Below are positions 48,161-59,719 of a DNA stretch of 64,000 nucleotides, one piece after another (positions within the stretch are counted from its first letter, which is position 1; the number at the start of each line of letters is the position of its first letter). The DNA is taken from positions 9,734,001 to 9,798,000 of the forward strand of contig CM102286.1 of assembly GCA_046563655.1 (NCBI GenBank). Direction: 5' to 3'. A model generated the notes under the pieces. The model saw nothing but the letters and a program-made list of their open reading frames with translations. It was not told the DNA's origin and made no database searches. This DNA comes from Yuukianura sp. NJ FZ-2021 (taxonomy: Eukaryota). The position numbers and the translations under genes are program-made.

Positions 48161-49673
48161 TTAGTATTCAAAAGTTTGAATTCTGAAAGTGGAGAGAGGC
48201 GATTCTGCCATCGCTCTAGTATGAGTCGTCCCTGGACGTGACCAAATTTGCGACATTCCCTAAAACATACAAGAGTTTGCGGTCAAATTTTGAAGTTACG
48301 GCCTCATGCAAACCGGGTAGAAACTTCGCTCACGGGGGGTTCTAGGGGCCGATGCAAACTTTTTAAATCATTTAAAAATTATTTCCCGCTTGACGAACTC
48401 AGGGGTTTTAGTATTCAAAAGTTTGAATTCTGAAAGTGGAGAGAGGCGATTCTGCCATCGCTCTAGTATGAGTCCTCCCTGGACGTGGCCAAATTTACGA
48501 CATTTCCCAAAAACATACAAGAGTTAGCGGTCAAATTTTGAAGTTACGGCCTCATGCAAACCGGGTAGAAACTTCGCTCACGGGGGGTTCTAGGGGCCGA
48601 TGCAAACTTTTTAAATCATTTAAAAATTATTTCCCGCTTGACGAACTCAGGGGTTTTAGTATTCAAAAGTTTGAATTCTGAAAGTGGAGAGAGGCGATTC
48701 TGCCATCGCTCTAGTATGAGTCGTCCCTGGACGTGACCAAATTTGCGACATTCCCCTAAAACATACAAGAGTTAGCGGTCAAATTTTGAAGTTACGGCCT
48801 CATGCAAACCGGGTAGAAACTTCGCTCACGGGGGGTTCTAGGGGCCGATGCAAACTTTTTAAATCATTTAAAAATTATTTCCCGCTTGACGAACTCAGGG
48901 GTTTTAGTATTCAAAAGTTTGAATTCTGAAAGTGGAGAGAGGCGATTCTGCCATCGCTATAGTATGAGTCCTCCTGGACGTGGCCAAATTTACACGACAT
49001 TTCCCAAAAACATACAAGAGTTAGCGGTCAAATTTTGAAGTTACGGCCTCATGCAAACCGGGTAGAAACTTCGCTCACGGGGGGTTCTAGGGGCCGATGC
49101 AAACTTTTTAAATCATTTAAAAATTATTTCCCGCTTGACGAACTCAGGGGTTTTAGTATTCAAAAGTTTGAATTCTGAAAGTGGAGAGAGGCGATTCTGC
49201 CATCGCTCTAGTATGAGTCGTCCCTGGACGTGACCAAATTTGCGACATTCCCCTAAAACATACAAGAGTTAGCGGTCAAATTTTGAAGTTACGGCCTCAT
49301 GCAAACCGGGTAGAAACTTCGCTCACGGGGGGTTCTAGGGGCCGATGCAAACTTTTTAAATCATTTAAAAATTATTTCCCGCTTGACGAACTCAGGGGTT
49401 TTAGTATTCAAAAGTTTGAATTCTGAAAGTGGAGAGAGGCGATTCTGCCATCGCTATAGTATGAGTCCTCCCTGGACGTGGCCAAATTTACGACATTTCC
49501 CAAAAACATACAAGAGTTAGCGGTCAAATTTTGAAGTTACGGCCTCATGCAAACCGGGTAGAAACTTCGCTCACGGGGGGTTCTAGGGGCCGATGCAAAC
49601 TTTATAAATCATTTAAAAATTATTTCCCGCTTGACGAACTCAGGGGTTTTAGTATTCAAAAGTTTGAATTCTG

Positions 49674-51032
49674 GGAGTTCGATTCGAGACGTGAAACTGC
49701 TAAGACGTGTGTCACTAAGCTCTCTTTCTTTTGTCACAAGAAGTTATACCCTTACTAGGATTTAGACTCTTGTTTTTCCATTCGATCCCTAACTTATACA
49801 GTCCAGTCTCGCACAATGGAAATTGCGAATTTTTGCTTTAGTTCACTAACGTCCTTACTCCAAAGCAACCAGTTTTCAAATTCGGAGCTATTGCACCTGA
49901 ACCGGTTAAAAGACAAATTTGCGCAACGGCTCTCGGAAATTGTGACATTACAAAAACCCTGCGACAATCCCACTGTGATCATCCACGGATTACAAATTGA
50001 GCGAGTTTCTGTTTCAACCATTTCGGAATGGATTTTTGGACACTTAAAACTCCAAATTCAAATTCACTCCGTCCGTGTCTTCGGGAAAAAGAGAACAATT
50101 TCCGTGTCACTAATGTCAAATGCAGAAAAAGCAAAGTTATTCAGTCGATGTCATTTGCTTAAGGGATCAGCAATCGGAATCAGCGATGACTTACCACCTC
50201 ATCAGAGAACGAAAAGTAAGTCCCAGAATGACCACTCAGATGCCAAGCACGTGGAGAAAGTAGCAGTTTCATCTACAAATTCTATGTCCACAAGAAGTAC
50301 TCCACCCGAGGTATTGTTTCACCCAACGGGAGAGGGAGAGCTCACCTCTCTCGTGGACAAACCGCAGCAGGTTATCCAGTCACAAATCCTCAATGAAAAC
50401 CTTGACCCCAACCCAGGCGCTCCTTCAAAGTCTCCAACATCCGAAATTTTACATCAAGACGCCATTCAGCAAAACTCCACATCTCCACAAGAAGCAAGAA
50501 AGTCATCGAAGAGGTTTGTCGCTTCCCATGCAGATTCTCATCTTCCAAACTCTGCTCCCACGAAACATAACACCCTCACCACCAAACATCAGCAAATTCC
50601 AGTCACAAACTCAAGTCACAAGCAGCCCGACCATCATGCACACAATGGAGGTCATACAGAACTCAACAAATTACATTCCTTCAAAGTAGCAGCAATTCAG
50701 GGCCGAGACGCCTTCAAAAAAGCAGTTGCTGAACATTATGGAGAAGTTAGTCATGAATCATTGGATCATCTCAACAAATCCCTTCTACAAGCGAAACTTG
50801 ACGAAATGAAAGCAAAATTCAAAGAACGAAGAAGACGGAAATAAGTTCTATTAAATTTAAATACTTTCAACTTAACTCCTGTAATCAATCATTCCCCCAA
50901 ATATGTTATCAGTTTGTACAGCCCCACACGTTAAACATTTGTTATTAGCTACATTTCAAACGAATCGAACTCCCTCTCCATGGGCTTCGGGCCCGCAGGG
51001 AGAGTAACATATAAATAAAATAAAAAAATAAA
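49674..51032 (+). mobile_element. ORF1-only retroposon, copy 2 (ORF 49816-50844)
   Basis: Identical 342-aa ORF, same TSD and same position in the satellite unit as copy 1. Confidence 0.8.
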
Positions 51033-53522
51033 AAAAGTTTGAATTCTGAAAGTGGAGAGAGGCGATTCTGCCATCGCTCTAGTATGAGTCGTCCCTGGAC
51101 GTGGCCAAATTTGCGACATTTCCCAAAAACATACAAGTGTTAGCAGTCAAATTTTGAAGTTACGGCCTCATGCAAACCGGGTAGAAACTTCGCTCACGGG
51201 GGGTTCTAGGGGCCGATGCAAACTTTTTAAATCATTTAAAAATTATTTCCCGCTTGACGAACTCAGGGGTTTTAGTATTCAAAAGTTTGAATTCTGAAAG
51301 TGGAGAGAGGCGATTCTGCCATCGCTCTAGTATGAGTCCTCCTGGACGTGGCCAAATTTACGACATTTATCAAAAACATACAAGAGTTAGCGGTCAAATT
51401 TTGAAGTTACGGCCTCATGCAAACCGGGTAGAAACTTCGCTCACGGGGGTTCTAGGGGCCGATGCAAACTTTTTAAATCATTTAAAAATTATTTCCCGCT
51501 TGTCGAACTCAGGGGTTTTAGTATTCAAAAGTTTGAATTCTGAAAGTGGAGAGAGGCGATTCTGCCATCGCTCTAGTATGAGTCCTCCTGGACGTGGCCA
51601 AATTTACGACATTTCCCAAAAACATACAAGAGTTAGCGGTCAAATTTTGAAGTTACGGCCTCATGCAAACCGGGTAGAAACTTCGCTCACGGGGGGTTCT
51701 AGGGGCCGATGCAAACTTTTTAAATCATTTAAAAATTATTTCCCGCTTGACGAACTCAGGGGTTTTAGTATTCAAAAGTTTGAATTCTGAAAGTGGAGAG
51801 AGGCGATTCTGCCATCGCTCTAGTATGAGTCGTCCCTGGACGTGACCAAATTTGCGACATTCCCCTAAAACATACAAGAGTTAGCGGTCAAATTTTGAAG
51901 TTACGGCCTCATGCAAACCGGGTAGAAACTTCGCTCACGGGGGTTCTAGGGGCCGATGCAAACTTTTTAAATCATTTAAAAATTATTTCCCGCTTGACGA
52001 ACTCAGGGGTTTTAGTATTCAAAAGTTTGAATTCTGAAAGTGGAGAGAGGCGATTCTGCCATCGCTCTAGTATGAGTCGTCCCTGGACGTGACCAAATTT
52101 GCGACATTCCCCTAAAACATACAAGAGTTAGCGGTCAAATTTTGAAGTTACGGCCTCATGCAAACCGGGTAGAAACTTCGCTCACGGGGGTTCTAGGGGC
52201 CGATGCAAACTTTTTAAATCATTTAAAAATTATTTCCCGCTTGACGAACTCAGGGGTTTTAGTATTCAAAAGTTTGAATTCTGAAAGTGGAGAGAGGCGA
52301 TTCTGCCATCGCTCTAGTATGAGTCCTCCTGGACGTGGCCAAATTTACGACATTTCCCAAAAACATACAAGAGTTAGCGGTCAAATTTTGAAGTTACGGC
52401 CTCATGCAAACCGGGTAGAAACTTCGCTCACGGGGGGTTCTAGGGGCCGATGCAAACTTTTTAAATCATTTAAAAATTATTTCCCGCTTGACGAACTCAG
52501 GGGTTTTAGTATTCAAAAGTTTGAATTCTGAAAGTGGAGAGAGGCGATTCTGCCATCGCTCTAGTATGAGTCGTCCCTGGACGTGACCAAATTTGCGACA
52601 TTCCCCTAAAACATACAAGAGTTAGCGGTCAAATTTTGAAGTTACGGCCTCATGCAAACCGGGTAGAAACTTCGCTCACGGGGGTTCTAGGGGCCGATGC
52701 AAACTTTTTAAATCATTTAAAAATTATTTCCCGCTTGACGAACTCAGGGGTTTTAGTATTCAAAAGTTTGAATTCTGAAAGTGGAGAGAGGCGATTCTGC
52801 CATCGCTATAGTATGAGTCCTCCCTGGACGTGGCCAAATTTACACGACATTTCCCAAAAACATACAAGAGTTAGCGGTCAAATTTTGAAGTTACGGCCTC
52901 ATGCAAACCGGGTAGAAACTTCGCTCACGGGGGGTTCTAGGGGCCGATGCAAACTTTTTAAATCATTTAAAAATTATTTCCCGCTTGACGAACTCAGGGG
53001 TTTTAGTATTCAAAAGTTTGAATTCTGAAAGTGGAGAGAGGCGATTCTGCCATCGCTCTAGTATGAGTCGTCCCTGGACGTGACCAAATTTGCGACATTC
53101 CCTAAAACATACAAGAGTTAGCGGTCAAATTTTGAAGTTACGGCCTCATGCAAACCGGGTAGAAACTTCGCTCACGGGGGGTTCTAGGGGCCGATGCAAA
53201 CTTTTTAAATCATTTAAAAATTATTTCCCGCTTGACGAACTCAGGGGTTTTAGTATTCAAAAGTTTGAATTCTGAAAGTGGAGAGAGGCGATTCTGCCAT
53301 CGCTATAGTATGAGTCCTCCCTGGACGTGGCCAAATTTACGACATTTCCCAAAAACATACAAGAGTTAGCGGTCAAATTTTGAAGTTACGGCCTCATGCA
53401 AACCGGGTAGAAACTTCGCTCACGGGGGGTTCTAGGGGCCGATGCAAACTTTATAAATCATTTAAAAATTATTTCCCGCTTGACGAACTCAGGGGTTTTA
53501 GTATTCAAAAGTTTGAATTCTG

Positions 53523-54885
53523 GGAGTTCGATTCGAGACGTGAAACTGCTAAGACGTGTGTCACTAAGCTCTCTTTCTTTTGTCACAAGAAGTTATACCC
53601 TTACTAGGATTTAGACTCTTGTTTTTCCATTCGATCCCTAACTTATACAGTCCAGTCTCGCACAATGGAAATTGCGAATTTTTGCTTTAGTTCACTAACG
53701 TCCTTACTCCAAAGCAACCAGTTTTCAAATTCGGAGCTATTGCACCTGAACCGGTTAAAAGACAAATTTGCGCAACGGCTCTCGGAAATTGTGACATTAC
53801 AAAAACCCTGCGACAATCCCACTGTGATCATCCACGGATTACAAATTGAGCGAGTTTCTGTTTCAACCATTTCGGAATGGATTTTTGGACACTTAAAACT
53901 CCAAATTCAAATTCACTCCGTCCGTGTCTTCGGGAAAAAGAGAACAATTTCCGTGTCACTAATGTCAAATGCAGAAAAAGCAAAGTTATTCAGTCGATGT
54001 CATTTGCTTAAGGGATCAGCAATCGGAATCAGCGATGACTTACCACCTCATCAGAGAACGAAAAGTAAGTCCCAGAATGACCACTCAGATGCCAAGCACG
54101 TGGAGAAAGTAGCAGTTTCATCTACAAATTCTATGTCCACAAGAAGTACTCCACCCGAGGTATTGTTTCACCCAACGGGAGAGGGAGAGCTCACCTCTCT
54201 CGTGGACAAACCGCAGCAGGTTATCCAGTCACAAATCCTCAATGAAAACCTTGACCCCAACCCAGGCGCTCCTTCAAAGTCTCCAACATCCGAAATTTTA
54301 CATCAAGACGCCATTCAGCAAAACTCCACATCTCCACAAGAAGCAAGAAAGTCATCGAAGAGGTTTGTCGCTTCCCATGCAGATTCTCATCTTCCAAACT
54401 CTGCTCCCACGAAACATAACACCCTCACCACCAAACATCAGCAAATTCCAGTCACAAACTCAAGTCACAAGCAGCCCGACCATCATGCACACAATGGAGG
54501 TCATACAGAACTCAACAAATTACATTCCTTCAAAGTAGCAGCAATTCAGGGCCGAGACGCCTTCAAAAAAGCAGTTGCTGAACATTATGGAGAAGTTAGT
54601 CATGAATCATTGGATCATCTCAACAAATCCCTTCTACAAGCGAAACTTGACGAAATGAAAGCAAAATTCAAAGAACGAAGAAGACGGAAATAAGTTCTAT
54701 TAAATTTAAATACTTTCAACTTAACTCCTGTAATCAATCATTCCCCCAAATATGTTATCAGTTTGTACAGCCCCACACGTTAAACATTTGTTATTAGCTA
54801 CATTTCAAACGAATCGAACTCCCTCTCCATGGGCTTCGGGCCCGCAGGGAGAGTAACATATAAATAAAAAAATAAAAAAAATAAA
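53523..54885 (+). mobile_element. ORF1-only retroposon, copy 3 (ORF 53665-54693)
   Basis: Identical 342-aa ORF, same TSD and same position as copy 1. Confidence 0.8.
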
Positions 54886-57134
54886 AAAAGTTTGAATTCT
54901 GAAAGTGGAGAGAGGCGATTCTGCCATCGCTCTAGTATGAGTCGTCCCTGGACGTGGCCAAATTTGCGACATTTCCCAAAAACATACAAGTGTTAGCAGT
55001 CAAATTTTGAAGTTACGGCCTCATGCAAACCGGGTAGAAACTTCGCTCACGGGGGGTTCTAGGGGCCGATGCAAACTTTTTAAATCATTTAAAAATTATT
55101 TCCCGCTTGACGAACTCAGGGGTTTTAGTATTCAAAAGTTTGAATTCTGAAAGTGGAGAGAGGCGATTCTGCCATCGCTCTAGTATGAGTCCTCCCTGGA
55201 CGTGGCCAAATTTACGACATTTATCAAAAACATACAAGAGTTAGCGGTCAAATTTTGAAGTTACGGCCTCATGCAAACCGGGTAGAAACTTCGCTCACGG
55301 GGGGTTCTAGGGGCCGATGCAAACTTTTTAAATCATTTAAAAATTATTTCCCGCTTGTCGAACTCAGGGGTTTTAGTATTCAAAAGTTTGAATTCTGAAA
55401 GTGGAGAGAGGCGATTCTGCCATCGCTCTAGTATGAGTCCTCCCTGGACGTGGCCAAATTTACGACATTTCCCAAAAACATACAAGAGTTAGCGGTCAAA
55501 TTTTGAAGTTACGGCCTCATGCAAACCGGGTAGAAACTTCGCTCACGGGGGGTTCTAGGGGCCGATGCAAACTTTTTAAATCATTTAAAAATTATTTCCC
55601 GCTTGACGAACTCAGGGGTTTTAGTATTCAAAAGTTTGAATTCTGAAAGTGGAGAGAGGCGATTCTGCCATCGCTCTAGTATGAGTCGTCCCTGGACGTG
55701 ACCAAATTTGCGACATTCCCTAAAACATACAAGAGTTAGCGGTCAAATTTTGAAGTTACGGCCTCATGCAAACCGGGTAGAAACTTCGCTCACGGGGGTT
55801 CTAGGGGCCGATGCAAACTTTTTAAATCGTTTAAAAATTATTTCCCGCTTGACGAACTCAGGGGTTTTAGTATTCAAAAGTTTGAATTCTGAAAGTGGAG
55901 AGAGGCGATTCTGCCATCGCTCTAGTATGAGTCGTCCCTGGACGTGACCAAATTTGCGACATTCCCCTAAAACATACAAGAGTTAGCGGTCAAATTTTGA
56001 AGTTACGGCCTCATGCAAACCGGGTAGAAACTTCGCTCACGGGGGGTTCTAGGGCCGATGCAAACTTTTTAAATCATTTAAAAATTATTTCCCGCTTGAC
56101 GAACTCAGGGGTTTTAGTATTCAAAAGTTTGAATTCTGAAAGTGGAGAGAGGCGATTCTGCCATCGCTCTAGTATGAGTCGTCCCTGGACGTGGCCAAAT
56201 TTACGACATTTCCCTAAAACATACAAGAGTTAGCGGTCAAATTTTGAAGTTACGGCCTCATGCAAACCGGGTAGAAACTTCGCTCACGGGGGGTTCTAGG
56301 GCCGATGCAAACTTTTTAAATCATTTAAAAATTATTTCCCGCTTGACGAACTCAGGGGTTTTAGTATTCAAAAGTTTGAATTCTGAAAGTGGAGAGAGGC
56401 GATTCTGCCATCGCTCTAGTATGAGTCCTCCCTGGACGTGGCCAAATTTACGACATTTCCCAAAAACATACAAGAGTTAGCGGTCAAATTTTGAAGTTAC
56501 GGCCTCATGCAAACCGGGTAGAAACTTCGCTCACGGGGGGTTCTAGGGGCCGATGCAAACTTTTTAAATCATTTAAAAATTATTTCCCGCTTGACGAACT
56601 CAGGGGTTTTAGTATTCAAAAGTTTGAATTCTGAAAGTGGAGAGAGGCGATTCTGCCATCGCTCTAGTATGAGTCCTCCCTTGACGTGGCCAAATTTACG
56701 ACATTTCCCAAAAACATACAAGAGTTAGCGGTCAAATTTTGAAGTTACGGCCTCATGCAAACCGGGTAGTGTAGCGGCCTCGCACCGCTACTCTGCTAAA
56801 ATATGGCCGCAGCCACGCCCTCAGACTCCAAATCACTGATCAGCAGATCCACACAACTCCCAAAAGACCAGAAAACTCACCAACACTGGAAACCACATCA
56901 GCGGTTAACTATATAATATATATTTAATACGCTGAAATAATAATATAAACAAATAAAACAACTAATCACTCATAATATACAACTGATCTCCCTCCTCCTC
57001 CGATCACACCAAAAACCAGACTGCCACTAAACTATATACAAAATCCTCTGCTCGCTCGCTCCTCGCCTCAACTCAAATCTACCGCGAGCCACATCATCAT
57101 CTCAACCTGCCCCTAACCTAACACTCCACTAAAC

Positions 57135-58478
57135 CTATGGAAGAGCAGGCGTCTCACGTTCCCCCTTCCGATGGATGGCGTTCCAGTCGAACCACGGGCG
57201 ACATCCAACTGCGAAACCCCTAGGCGACTGCTCCTCCAGAATCTCGGCAACTCCGTCACCGTCATCATCATCATCATCATCATGGACATCAGCGGAGTCT
57301 TCATCATGGTAATCGTCAACCGCAGCATCGGATTCCTCCCTGATGGTCCAGCACGTCACACTTTTCACTTTCACTAATTTCTTCAAAATAAGTTCTTGTG
57401 GCAACCAATCATAAGCACTTGGTTTCAGCCACATTTCGAACATGATTGGAGCCCATAAATGGACTCCACTGCAATTGCATTTCCACAAACATTCGACTCC
57501 ACTTTTCGTCACTTTCCGGGACAGTGAGACCCTCAACCGTCGAAATTGTAGAAAATGAGCAATACTTTTAATTAAACACATAACTTCACTGAATTTTACA
57601 TTTCTGCACTGCAACCAATTCTGAGTTTCTCCTTCCATCACTTTACGGGACAGTGAGACCCTGAACGACTCAGAACTTGGCGCAGACTGAACTTCACAAA
57701 TCAACAATCTTTTTTCCAATAATTTCACATAATCACACTGACACTCACTTTTTAAATTGTCATTTCTCGAATTTTTAGGGAATACGACCCTTTTTGCACA
57801 GAATAGCACCGCAGCACTATTAACTTCACATTTTGAAGCTAGAGGAACGCCGCACTTCAGCATCGTGGCCGGGCTAACGTTCTCTGGAGCGATGTCGGAA
57901 GATTGAGGCCTCGTTCCCGCACATCTCTCTTTTTGAAGGATCCCGCAGTCTCCTCCATTTCCATTTTTCATAAAATTTTTCACAACACTTTTCACTTCAC
58001 ATTTCACTTCCTTGATCCTCGGAATTTGGAGACACAGTACCGCCAGTGCACTTAGCCGAATACTGCCTCCGGGAGAGTCCTGGTCGCAACCATAATCTTC
58101 ATCATCTGACGTCACCGGAGTCCACGAAAACGCGTCCGCTTCCATGTACTGCCAGCCAGCCAGAGGCACTCTCCATATCTTAATTTCCGGATTCATCAAT
58201 TCTCTTTTCCTCATCACTACCACCACATTCCACCAACACAATATGTACAATGGATTGGAGCCGCTAAAACGCGACTCCTGAGGCACTAACACTAATTTCA
58301 ACTGTACAGACACTTGCACCTTCTTAATAATGAGTGCGTGACAACACTCAACATGAAAAATAAACACAAAATTTAACTTATAACTTGAAGCACTGACAAG
58401 TTCACTATGTTCGTCCAAAAATTGAATTATGATTTGGGAAATGATGGACGAAACGTCATTCCCCACTTTTAGTTTAAA
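57135..58478 (-). CDS. Degenerate pol-derived ORF in the -1 frame relative to gag
   Basis: About 447 open codons after a T TTA AAC slippery site. Only vestigial resemblance to protease (FLDEHS), RNase H end (EADAFSWTPV) and integrase; no YxDD motif. Confidence 0.55.
   Translation of the reverse strand, partial: FKLKVGNDVSSIISQIIIQFLDEHSELVSASSYKLNFVFIFHVECCHALIIKKVQVSVQLKLVLVPQESRFSGSNPLYILCWWNVVVVMRKRELMNPEIKIWRVPLAGWQYMEADAFSWTPVTSDDEDYGCDQDSPGGSIRLSALAVLCLQIPRIKEVKCEVKSVVKNFMKNGNGGDCGILQKERCAGTRPQSSDIAPENVSPATMLKCGVPLASKCEVNSAAVLFCAKRVVFPKNSRNDNLKSECQCDYVKLLEKRLLICEVQSAPSSESFRVSLSRKVMEGETQNWLQCRNVKFSEVMCLIKSIAHFLQFRRLRVSLSRKVTKSGVECLWKCNCSGVHLWAPIMFEMWLKPSAYDWLPQELILKKLVKVKSVTCWTIREESDAAVDDYHDEDSADVHDDDDDDDGDGVAEILEEQSPRGFAVGCRPWFDWNAIHRKGERETPALP
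58436..58478 (-). promoter_or_regulatory. -1 programmed ribosomal frameshift signal
   Basis: Heptamer UUUAAAC in the gag frame just before UAA, 7-nt spacer, 9-bp stem GGGGAAUGA/UCAUUUCCC. Confidence 0.8.
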
Positions 58479-59719
58479 TATTCTGAATCGTCTTCTTCCT
58501 CTCCATATTCTCCATAATCCTCCACGACTTCCTCTGAAATGTCCAATTGAAAAGATCCAAGAGCGAAATCCACTGGCGTAGGACACTGAAACTGCTTGTG
58601 ACCACGCCCACTACATCTCCAGCAATAAATTTCATCCATATTTCGCCACTGCTCACTTCTGGAGCCATTAAAATGACTCCTGTTCTCATCTGGAGGCGCA
58701 TCCACTTCACTCTGAACTCCACTAGCACTAATTTCCAAGTCATCTCCTTGACCTTCGTCATCAAATGTCACTTCGGCTTCAATTTCACAATGATTGGAGC
58801 CAATATCATTGACTCCTTCCCCGCAGGGTACTTGTTCATCGTCAGTCTCCTCCTTTTCACTATCACTGTTTTCGTTTTTACAACCACTTTTTTCTTCCTC
58901 AGTATCACTTTCACTATTTACATCCGAATTTACCTTCACAATTGGAGGTAACTGATTTTTCAATTTGTACAGATCATCTTCTGCACATAAATTGGCATGA
59001 GCAACTCTGCATGCCACAAATAATTCATCAACTGTAGAATAACTGGTTGTTCCTAAGGCTGTACGAAGCCTAGGATAAAGAGCCAGCCTTGCCCGTAGCA
59101 CGGAATCAGCCTCTGACTCATTTGGGTGCACTAACTTGGCACTACGAACCATTTCGTAAATAAATTCTTCCACTGGTTCGTGTAGTTTCTGTATTCTGGT
59201 GTGCAGTAGTCTGGTCCTCTCAGCAACATCAATCCAATTATCATAACGATTGATGAACTGCACTTTGAATTCACTCCACAGTGTCACTGTACCAAGCACA
59301 TGATCCAACCACGGTTGTGATTCACTTGGTAAAACTGTTTTAATTAAGTAAAGAAACTGCCCTGTCGAATGACCTTGTGCAGTAAAGTACCGTTCCACTT
59401 CCACTAAATATCCAGCAGCACTCATTTTCCTCGTATCAAACTTTGGAACTGGTAATTTTGAATTCAGAGATGTGAATTTCACATTTTGCAGGGCCGTAAT
59501 CAGCGCCCTCGTTTGCTCACTTGGTGTGATTGGAGCCCCCGCAGCGACTCCGACGGAACTTGATGCAACTATTTTTTCCTCCATGCCTCGCAAGGCTTTA
59601 GCTACCGCAGCAGCCACAATTTTATCAACTTCTTCTTTGGTGTATGTAGACATGACCGGATCACTCACTTTTGCCGGCACTGCACTACTTGGAGTGGGAG
59701 ATGCACTGGGGGTAGACAT
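58469..59719 (-). CDS. gag: Gag (capsid-like region plus CCHC zinc knuckle), 416 aa
   Basis: Retrotransposon Gag features (PKFD...W.EFK.QFI.RY...Q...EPVEEFI) and CWRCSGRGHKQFQC. Confidence 0.88.
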   Translation of the reverse strand: MSTPSASPTPSSAVPAKVSDPVMSTYTKEEVDKIVAAAVAKALRGMEEKIVASSSVGVAAGAPITPSEQTRALITALQNVKFTSLNSKLPVPKFDTRKMSAAGYLVEVERYFTAQGHSTGQFLYLIKTVLPSESQPWLDHVLGTVTLWSEFKVQFINRYDNWIDVAERTRLLHTRIQKLHEPVEEFIYEMVRSAKLVHPNESEADSVLRARLALYPRLRTALGTTSYSTVDELFVACRVAHANLCAEDDLYKLKNQLPPIVKVNSDVNSESDTEEEKSGCKNENSDSEKEETDDEQVPCGEGVNDIGSNHCEIEAEVTFDDEGQGDDLEISASGVQSEVDAPPDENRSHFNGSRSEQWRNMDEIYCWRCSGRGHKQFQCPTPVDFALGSFQLDISEEVVEDYGEYGEEEDDSEYLN

